In this document: piece after piece, positions 55,270 through 64,000 of the stretch
How positions within the stretch are numbered: the first letter of the stretch is position 1
How the letters are laid out: the number at the start of each line of letters is the position of its first letter
Notes under the pieces: generated by a model
The model's database searches: none
Told to the model about the DNA's origin: nothing
Seen by the model: only the letters and a program-made list of their open reading frames with translations
From: Azolla caroliniana
Taxonomy: Eukaryota; Plantae; Polypodiophyta
NCBI GenBank assembly: GCA_043228905.1
Contig: JBHGNT010000025.1
Location: 248,001-312,000, forward strand
Direction of reading: 5' to 3'
Length of the DNA stretch: 64,000 nucleotides
Position numbers and translations under genes: made by a program

Positions 55270-57800
55270 GTGATATCGGATTTTTGTGTTCAAACATGCG
55301 AATCGAAGCTAACAATGCTAGCTATTATATGGAACTAAAAAATCAAGATTTTGAAACTCAGGTCGAGAGATATGAAGAAATTAGCAATCTTGAGGAGGGA
55401 GTTGAGAGGAGCCCTTGAGTACATTAAAATGTTCATACCTGGCGCGTGTGATATCGGATTTTTGTGTTCAAACATGTGAATCGAAGCTAACAACGCTAGC
55501 TATTCTATGGAACTAAAAAATCAAGATTTTGAAACTCAGGTCGAGAGATATGAAGAAATTAGCAATCTTGAGGAGGGAGTTGAGAGGAGCCCTTGAGTAT
55601 ATTAAAATGTTTATACCTGGCTCGTGTGATATCGGATTTTTGTGTTCAAACATGCGCATCGAAGCTAACAACGCTAGCTATGACATGGTATTAAAAAATC
55701 AAGAGTTTGAAACTCAGGTGGAGAGACATGACGAAATTACCTAATTTGAGGAGTGAGTTGAGAGGAGCCCTTGAGTACATTAAAATGTTCATACCTGGCT
55801 CGTGTGATATCGGATTTTTGTGTTCAAACATGCGAATCGAAGCTAACAATGCTAGCTATTATATGGACCTAAAAAATCAAGATTTTGAAACTCAGGTCGA
55901 GAGATATGAAGAAATTAGCAATCTTGAGGAGGGAGTTGAGAGGAGCCCTTGAGTACATTAAAATGTTCATACCTGGCGCGTGTGATATCGGATTTTTGTG
56001 TTCAAACATGCGAATCGAAGCTCACAACGCTAGCTATTATATCGTATTAAAAAATCAAGATTTTGAAACTCAGGTCGAGAGATATGAAGAAATTAGCAAT
56101 CTTGAGGAGGGAGTTGAGAGGAGCCCTTGAGTACATTAAAATGTTCATACCTGGCGCGTGTGATATCGGATTTTTGTGTTCAAACATGCGAATCGAAGCT
56201 ATCAACACTAGCTATTCTATGGAACTAAAAAATCAAGATTTTGAAACTCAGGTCGAGAGATATGAAGAAATTAGCAATCTTGAGGAGGGAGTTGAGAGGA
56301 GCCCTTGAGTAAATTAAAATGTTCATACCTGGCTCGTGTGATATCGGATTTTTGTGTTCAAACATGCGAATCGAAGCTAACAACGCTAGCTATGACATGG
56401 TATTAAAAAATCAAGAGTTTGAAACTCAGGTGGAGAGACATGACGAAATTACCTAATTTGAGGAGTGAGTTGAGAGGAGCCCTTGAGTACATTAAAATGT
56501 TCATACCTGGCTCGTGTGATATCGGAGTTTTGTGTTCAAACATGCGAATCGAAGCTAACAATGCTAGCTATTATATGGACCTAAAAAATCAAGATTTTGA
56601 AACTCAGGTCGAGAGATATGAAGAAATTAGCAATCTTGAGGAGGGAGTTGAGAGGAGCCCTTGAGTACATTAAAATGTTCATACCTGGCGCGTGTGATAT
56701 CGGATTTTTGTGTTCAAACATGCGAATCGAAGCTAACAACGGTAGCTATGATATGGAACTAAAAAATCAAGATTTTGAAACTCAGGTCGAGAGACATGAA
56801 GAAATTAGCAATCTGGAGGAGGGAGTTGAGAGGAGCCCTTGAGTATATTAAAATGTTTATACCTGGCTCGTGTGATATCGGATTTTTGTGTTCAAACATG
56901 CGAATCGAAGCTAACAATGCTAGCTATTATATGGAACTAAAAAATCAAGATTTTGAAACTCAGGTCGAGAGATATGAAGAAATTAGCAATCTTGAGGAGG
57001 GAGTTGAGAGGAGCCCTTGAGTACATTAAAATGTTCATACCTGGCGCGTGTGATATCGGATTTTTGTGTTCAAACATGTGAATCGAAGCTAACAACGCTA
57101 GCTATTCTATGGAACTAAAAAATCAAGATTTTGAAACTCAGGTCGAGAGATATGAAGAAATTAGCAATCTTGAGGAGGGAGTTGAGAGGAGCCCTTGAGT
57201 ATATTAAAATGTTTATACCTGGCTCGTGTGATATCGGATTTTTGTGTTCAAACATGCGCATCGAAGCTAACAACGCTAGCTATGACATGGTATTAAAAAA
57301 TCAAGAGTTTGAAACTCAGGTGGAGAGACATGACGAAATTACCTAATTTGAGGAGTGAGTTGAGAGGAGCCCTTGAGTACATTAAAATGTTCATACCTGG
57401 CTCGTGTGATATCGGATTTTTGTGTTCAAACATGCGAATCGAAGCTAACAATGCTAGCTATTATATGGACCTAAAAAATCAAGATTTTGAAACTCAGGTC
57501 GAGAGATATGAAGAAATTAGCAATCTTGAGGAGGGAGTTGAGAGGAGCCCTTGAGTACATTAAAATGTTCATACCTGGCGCGTGTGATATCGGATTTTTG
57601 TGTTCAAACATGCGAATCGAAGCTCACAACGCTAGCTATTATATCGTATTAAAAAATCAAGATTTTGAAACTCAGGTCGAGAGATATGAAGAAATTAGCA
57701 ATCTTGAGGAGGGAGTTGAGAGGAGCCCTTGAGTACATTAAAATGTTCATACCTGGCGCGTGTGATATCGGATTTTTGTGTTCAAACATGCGAATCGAAG
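55270..57800. repeat. 9-mer HOR, 1602 bp, ~1.6 copies
   Basis: 55529/57131, 55707/57309, 55885/57487. Confidence 0.85.
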
Positions 57801-60800
57801 CTAACAACGCTAGCTATTATATGGAACTAAAAAATCAAGATTTTGAAACTCAGGTCGAGAGATATGAAGAAATTAGCAATCTTGAGGAGGGAGTTGGGAG
57901 GAGCCCTTGAGTAAATTAAAATGTTCATACCTGGCTCGTGTGATATCGGATTTTTGTGTTCAAACATGCGAATCGAAGCTCACAACGCTAGCTATGATAT
58001 GGTATTAAAAAATCATGATTTTGAAATTGAGGTCGAGAGACATGAAGAAATTAGCAATCTTGAGGAGGAAGTTGAAAGGAGCCCTTCAGTAAATTAAAAT
58101 GTTCATACCTGGCTCGTGTGATATCGGATTTTTGTGTTCAAACATGTGAACGCAGCTAACAACGCTAGCTATGACATGGTATTAAGAAATCAAGATTTTG
58201 AAACTCAGGTCGAGAGATATTACGAAATTACCTACTTTGAGGAGGGAGTTGAGACGACCTAGTAGGTAAATTAAAATGTTCATACCTGGCTCGTGTGATA
58301 TCGGATTTTTGTGTTCAAACATGCGAATCGAAGCTAACAACGCTAGCTATTATATGGAACTAAAAAAGCAAGATTTTGAGACTCAGGTCGAGAGATATGA
58401 AGAAATTAGCAATCTTGAGGAGGGAGTTGAGAGGAGCACTTGAGTATATTAAAATGTTTATACCTGGCTCGTGTGATATCGGATTTTTGTGTTCAAACAT
58501 GCGAATCGAAGCTAACAACGCTAGCTATGACATGTTATTAAAAAATCAAGATTTTGAAACTCAGGTAGAGAGACATGACGAAATTACCTAATTTGAGGAC
58601 TAAGTTGAGACGACCTAGTAGGTAAATTAAAATGTTCATACCTGGCTCGTGTGATATCGGATTTTTGTGTTCAAACATGCGAATCGAAGCTCACAACGCT
58701 AGCTATTCTATGGAACTAAAAAATCAAGATTTTGAAACTCAGGTCGAGAGATACGAAGAAATTAGCAATCTTGAGGAGGGAGTTGAGAGGAGCCCTTGAG
58801 TATATTAAAATATTTATACCTGGCTCGTGTGATATCGGATTTTTGTGTTCAAACATGCGAATCGAAGCTAACAACGCTAGCTATGACATGGTATTAAAAA
58901 ATCAAGAGTTTGAAACTCAGGTGGAGAGACATGACGAAATTACCTAATTTGAGGAGTGAGTTGAGAGGAGCCCTTGAGTACATTAAAATGTTCATACCTG
59001 GCTCGTGTGATATCGGATTTTTGTGTTCAAACATGCGAATCGAAGCTAACAATACTAGCTATTATATGGACCTAAAAAATCAAGATTTTGAAACTTAGGT
59101 CGAGAGATATGAAGAAATTAGCAATCTTGAGGAGGGAGTTGAGAGGAGCCCTTGAGTACATTAAAATGTTCATACCTGGCGCGTGTGATATCGGATTTTT
59201 GTGTTCAAACATGCGAATCGAAGCTAACAACGGTAGCTATGATATGGAACTAAAAAATCAAGATTTTGAAACTCAGGTCGAGAGATATGAAGAAATTAGC
59301 AATCTTGAGGAGGGAGTTGAGAGGAGCCCTTGAGTACATTATTATGTTCATACCTGGCGCGTGTGATATCGGATTCAAAAATCATGATTTCGAAATTGAG
59401 GTCGAGAGACATGAAGAAATTAGCAATCTTGAGGAGGGAGTTGAGAGGAGCCCTTGAGTATATTAAAATGTTTATACCTGGCTCGTGTGATATCGGATTT
59501 TTGTGTTCAAACATGCGAATCGAAGCTAACAACGCTAGCTATGACATGGTATTAAAAAATCAAGAGTTTGAAACTCAGGTGGAGAGACATGACGAAATTA
59601 CCTAATTTGAGGAGTGAGTTCGGAGGAGCCCTTGAGTACATTAAAATGTTCATACCTGGCTCGTGTGATATCGGATTTTTGTGTTCAAACATGCGAATCG
59701 AAGCTAACAATGCTAGCTATTATATGGAACTAAAAAATCAAGATTTTGAAACTCAGGTCGAGAGATATGAAGAAATTAGCAATCTTGAGGAGGGAGTTGA
59801 GAGGAGCCCTTGAGTACATTAAAATGTTCATACCTGGCGCGTGTGATATCGGATTTTTGTGTTCAAACATGCGAATCGAAGCTAACAATGCTAGCTATTA
59901 TATGGAACTAAAAAATCAAGATTTTGAAACTCAGGTCGAGAGATATGAAGAAATTAGCAATCTTGAGGAGGGAGTTGAGAGGAGCCCTTGAGTACATTAT
60001 TATGTTCATACCTGGCGCGTGTGATATCGGATTTTTGTGTTCAAACATGCGAATCGAAGCTAACAACACTAGCTATTCTATGGAACTAAAAAATCAAGAT
60101 TTTGAAACTCAGGTCGAGAGATATGAAGAAATTAGCAATCTTGAGGAGGGAGTTGAGAGGAGCCCTTGAGTACATTATTATGTTCATACCTGGCGCGTGT
60201 GATATCGGATTTTTGTGTTCAAACATGCGAATCGAAGCTCACAACGCTAGCTATTCTATGGAACTAAAAAATCAAGATTTTGAAACTCAGGTCGAGAGAT
60301 ATGAAGAAATTAGCAATCTTGAGGAGGGAGTTGAGAGGAGCCCTTGAGTAAATTAAAATGTTCATACCTGGCTCGTGTGATATCGGATTTTTGTGTTCAA
60401 ACATGCGAATCGAAGCTCACAACGCTAGCTATGATATGGTATTAAAAAATCATGATTTTGAAATTGAGGTCGAGAGACATGAAGAAATTAGCAATCTTGA
60501 GGAGGGAGTTGAGAGGAGCCCTTGAGTAAATTAAAATGTTCATACCTGGCTCGTGTGATATCGGATTTTTGTGTTCAAACATGTGAATCGCAGCTAACAA
60601 CGCTAGCTATGACATGGTATTAAGAAATCAAGATTTTGAAACTCAGGTCGAGAGACATGACGAAATTACCTAATTTGAGGAGGGAGTTGAGACGACCTAG
60701 TAGGTAAATTAAAATGTTCATACCTGGCTCGTGTGATATCGGATTTTTGTGTTCAAACATGCGAATCAAAGCTAACAACGCTAGCTATGATATGGAACTA

Positions 60801-63225
60801 AAAAATCAAGATTTTGAAACTCAGGTCGAGAGACATGACGAAATTACCAAATTGGAGGAGGGAGTTGAGAGGAGCCCTTGAGTATATTAAAATGTTCATA
60901 CCTGGCGTGTGTGATATCGGATTTTTGTGTTCAAACATGCGAATCAAAGCTAACAACGCTAGCTATGACATGGTATTAAAAAATCAAGATTTTGAAACTC
61001 AGGTCGAGAGATATGAAGAAATTAGCAATCTTGAGGAGGGAGTTGAGAGGAGCCCTTGAGTAAATTAAAATGTTCATACCTGGCTCGTGTGATATCGGAT
61101 TTTTGTGTTCAAACATGCGAATCGAAGCTAACAACGCTAGCTATTATATGGAACTAAAAAATCAAGATTTTGAAACTCAGGTCGAGAGATATGAAGAAAT
61201 TAGCAATCTTGAGGAGGGAGTTGGGAGGAGCCCTTGAGTAAATTAAAATGTTCATACCTGGCTCGTGTGATATCGGATTTTTGTGTTCAAACATGCGAAT
61301 CGAAGCTCACAACGCTAGCTATGATATGGTATTAAAAAATCATGATTTTGAAATTGAGGTCGAGAGACATGAAGAAATTAGCAATCTTGAGGAGGAAGTT
61401 GAAAGGAGCCCTTCAGTAAATTAAAATGTTCATACCTGGCTCGTGTGATATCGGATTTTTGTGTTCAAACATGTGAACGCAGCTAACAACGCTAGCTATG
61501 ACATGGTATTAAGAAATCAAGATTTTGAAACTCAGGTCGAGAGATATTACGAAATTACCTACTTTGAGGAGGGAGTTAAGACGACCTAGTAGGTAAATTA
61601 AAATGTTCATACCTGGCTCGTGTGATATCGGATTTTTGTGTTCAAACATGCGAATCGAAGCTAACAACGCTAGCTATTATATGGAACTAAAAAAGCAAGA
61701 TTTTGAGACTCAGGTCGAGAGATATGAAGAAATTAGCAATCTTGAGGAGGGAGTTGAGAGGAGCACTTGAGTATATTAAAATGTTTATACCTGGCTCGTG
61801 TGATATCGGATTTTTGTGTTCAAACATGCGAATCGAAGCTAACAACGCTAGCTATGACATGTTATTAAAAAATCAAGATTTTGAAACTCAGGTAGAGAGA
61901 CATGACGAAATTACCTAATTTGAGGACTAAGTTGAGACGACCTAGTAGGTAAATTAAAATGTTCATACCTGGCTCGTGTGATATCGGATTTTTGTGTTCA
62001 AACATGCGAATCGAAGCTCACAACGCTAGCTATTCTATGGAACTAAAAAATCAAGATTTTGAAACTCAGGTCGAGAGATACGAAGAAATTAGCAATCTTG
62101 AGGAGGGAGTTGAGAGGAGCCCTTGAGTATATTAAAATATTTATACCTGGCTCGTGTGATATCGGATTTTTGTGTTCAAACATGCGAATCGAAGCTAACA
62201 ACGCTAGCTATGACATGGTATTAAAAAATCAAGAGTTTGAAACTCAGGTGGAGAGACATGACGAAATTACCTAATTTGAGGAGTGAGTTGAGAGGAGCCC
62301 TTGAGTACATTAAAATGTTCATACCTGGCTCGTGTGATATCGGATTTTTGTGTTCAAACATGCGAATCGAAGCTAACAATACTAGCTATTATATGGACCT
62401 AAAAAATCAAGATTTTGAAACTTAGGTCGAGAGATATGAAGAAATTAGCAATCTTGAGGAGGGAGTTGAGAGGAGCCCTTGAGTACATTAAAATGTTCAT
62501 ACCTGGCGCGTGTGATATCGGATTTTTGTGTTCAAACATGCGAATCGAAGCTAACAACGGTAGCTATGATATGGAACTAAAAAATCAAGATTTTGAAACT
62601 CAGTTCGAGAGATATGAAGAAATTAGCAATCTTGAGGAGGGAGTTGAGAGGAGCCCTTGAGTACATTATTATGTTCATACCTGGCGCGTGTGATATCGGA
62701 TTCAAAAATCATGATTTCGAAATTGAGGTCGAGAGACATGAAGAAATTAGCAATCTTGAGGAGGGAGTTGAGAGGAGCCCTTGAGTATATTAAAATGTTT
62801 ATACCTGGCTCGTGTGATATCGGATTTTTGTGTTCAAACATGCGAATCGAAGCTAACAACGCTAGCTATGACATGGTATTAAAAAATCAAGAGTTTGAAA
62901 CTCAGGTGGAGAGACATGACGAAATTACCTAATTTGAGGAGTGAGTTCGGAGGAGCCCTTGAGTACATTAAAATGTTCATACCTGGCTCGTGTGATATCG
63001 GATTTTTGTGTTCAAACATGCGAATCGAAGCTAACAATGCTAGCTATTATATGGAACTAAAAAATCAAGATTTTGAAACTCAGGTCGAGAGATATGAAGA
63101 AATTAGCAATCTTGAGGAGGGAGTTGAGAGGAGCCCTTGAGTACATTAAAATGTTCATACCTGGCGCGTGTGATATCGGATTTTTGTGTTCAAACATGCG
63201 AATCGAAGCTAACAATGCTAGCTAT
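57770..63225. repeat. 19-mer HOR, 3327 bp, ~1.6 copies
   Basis: 58376/61703, 58732/62059, 59266/62593, 59746/63073; 19x178-54-1. Confidence 0.88.
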
Positions 63226-64000
63226 TCTATGGAACTAAAAAATCAAGATTTTGAAACTCAGGTCGAGAGATATGAAGAAATTAGCAATCTTGAGGAGGGA
63301 GTTGAGAGGAGCCCTTGAGTATATTAAAATGTTTATACCTGGCTCGTGTGATATCGGATTTTTGTGTTCAAACATGCGCATCGAAGCTAACAACGCTAGC
63401 TATGACATGGTATTAAAAAATCAAGAGTTTGAAACTCAGGTGGAGAGACATGACGAAATTACCTAATTTGAGGAGTGAGTTGAGAGGAGCCCTTGAGTAC
63501 ATTAAAATGTTCATACCTGGCTCGTGTGATATCGGATTTTTGTGTTCAAACATGCGAATCGAAGCTAACAATGCTAGCTATTATATGGACCTAAAAAATC
63601 AAGATTTTGAAACTCAGGTCGAGAGATATGAAGAAATTAGCAATCTTGAGGAGGGAGTTGAGAGGAGCCCTTGAGTACATTAAAATGTTCATACCTGGCG
63701 CGTGTGATATCGGATTTTTGTGTTCAAACATGCGAATCGAAGCTCACAACGCTAGCTATTATATCGTATTAAAAAATCAAGATTTTGAAACTCAGGTCGA
63801 GAGATATGAAGAAATTAGCAATCTTGAGGAGGGAGTTGAGAGGAGCCCTTGAGTACATTAAAATGTTCATACCTGGCGCGTGTGATATCGGATTTTTGTG
63901 TTCAAACATGCGAATCGAAGCTATCAACACTAGCTATTCTATGGAACTAAAAAATCAAGATTTTGAAACTCAGGTCGAGAGATATGAAGAAATTAGCAAT

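Larger units (their letters stand above)
15121..62702. repeat. Dispersed 124-bp deletion monomers (13 copies)
   Basis: Junction GATATCGG-ATT-CAAAAATCATGATTTCG with ATT at 15121, 16135, 18929, 19943, 31277, 32825, 35619, 36633, 43519, 48448, 50174, 59373 and 62700. Confidence 0.97.
1..64000. repeat. 178-bp tandem satellite array (~363 monomers, head-to-tail), probably centromeric/pericentromeric
   Basis: Consensus GCTAGCTATTATATGGAACTAAAAAATCAAGATTTTGAAACTCAGGTCGAGAGATATGAAGAAATTAGCAATCTTGAGGAGGGAGTTGAGAGGAGCCCTTGAGTACATTAAAATGTTCATACCTGGCGCGTGTGATATCGGATTTTTGTGTTCAAACATGCGAATCGAAGCTAACAAC recurs every 178 bp. Register check from 35 to 63607: 63572 + 13x54 - 33 + 17x1 = 64258 = 361x178 exactly, so no foreign insertion. 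The centromeric role is inferred only from unit length and homogeneity. Confidence 0.99.

Noticed and set aside
35-63852. Hundreds of 61-108 aa ORFs (MKLRSRDMKK..., MLASIRMFEH...)
   Set aside because: They are translations of the satellite. The 178-bp unit is not a multiple of 3, ORFs overlap their own next copy in another frame, mostly start at TTG, are freely broken by stop variants, and show no recognisable domain.
1-64000. CRISPR-like array or diversity-generating cassette system
   Set aside because: There are no unique spacers; the variable parts are point variants of one consensus. No cas, reverse transcriptase or recombinase gene is present.
1-64000. Hidden transposon insertion, inversion or telomeric repeats
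   Set aside because: The monomer register is fully accounted for by the 13 x 54-bp deletions, 17 x 1-bp deletions and one 33-bp duplication, and all monomers are in the same orientation.

Overview
The whole 64 kb window is one uninterrupted, head-to-tail, single-orientation array of a 178-bp satellite (~363 monomers), typical of a eukaryotic, probably plant, centromeric or heterochromatic array. I cannot assign species or family. I see no genes, RNA genes, transposon insertions or inversions; all listed ORFs are by-products of the repeat. The informative signal is in the variants: nested higher-order repeats (4- to 22-mers), a ~12.2-kb super-duplication, 13 copies of a 124-bp deletion monomer, one 33-bp internal duplication, three 177-bp lineages, a divergent B-type monomer whose substitutions create inverted repeats, and a change in variant haplotypes near 11.6-12.5 kb. 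HOR boundaries are approximate; periods are exact from repeated marker positions. I found no evidence for a novel protein-coding system.
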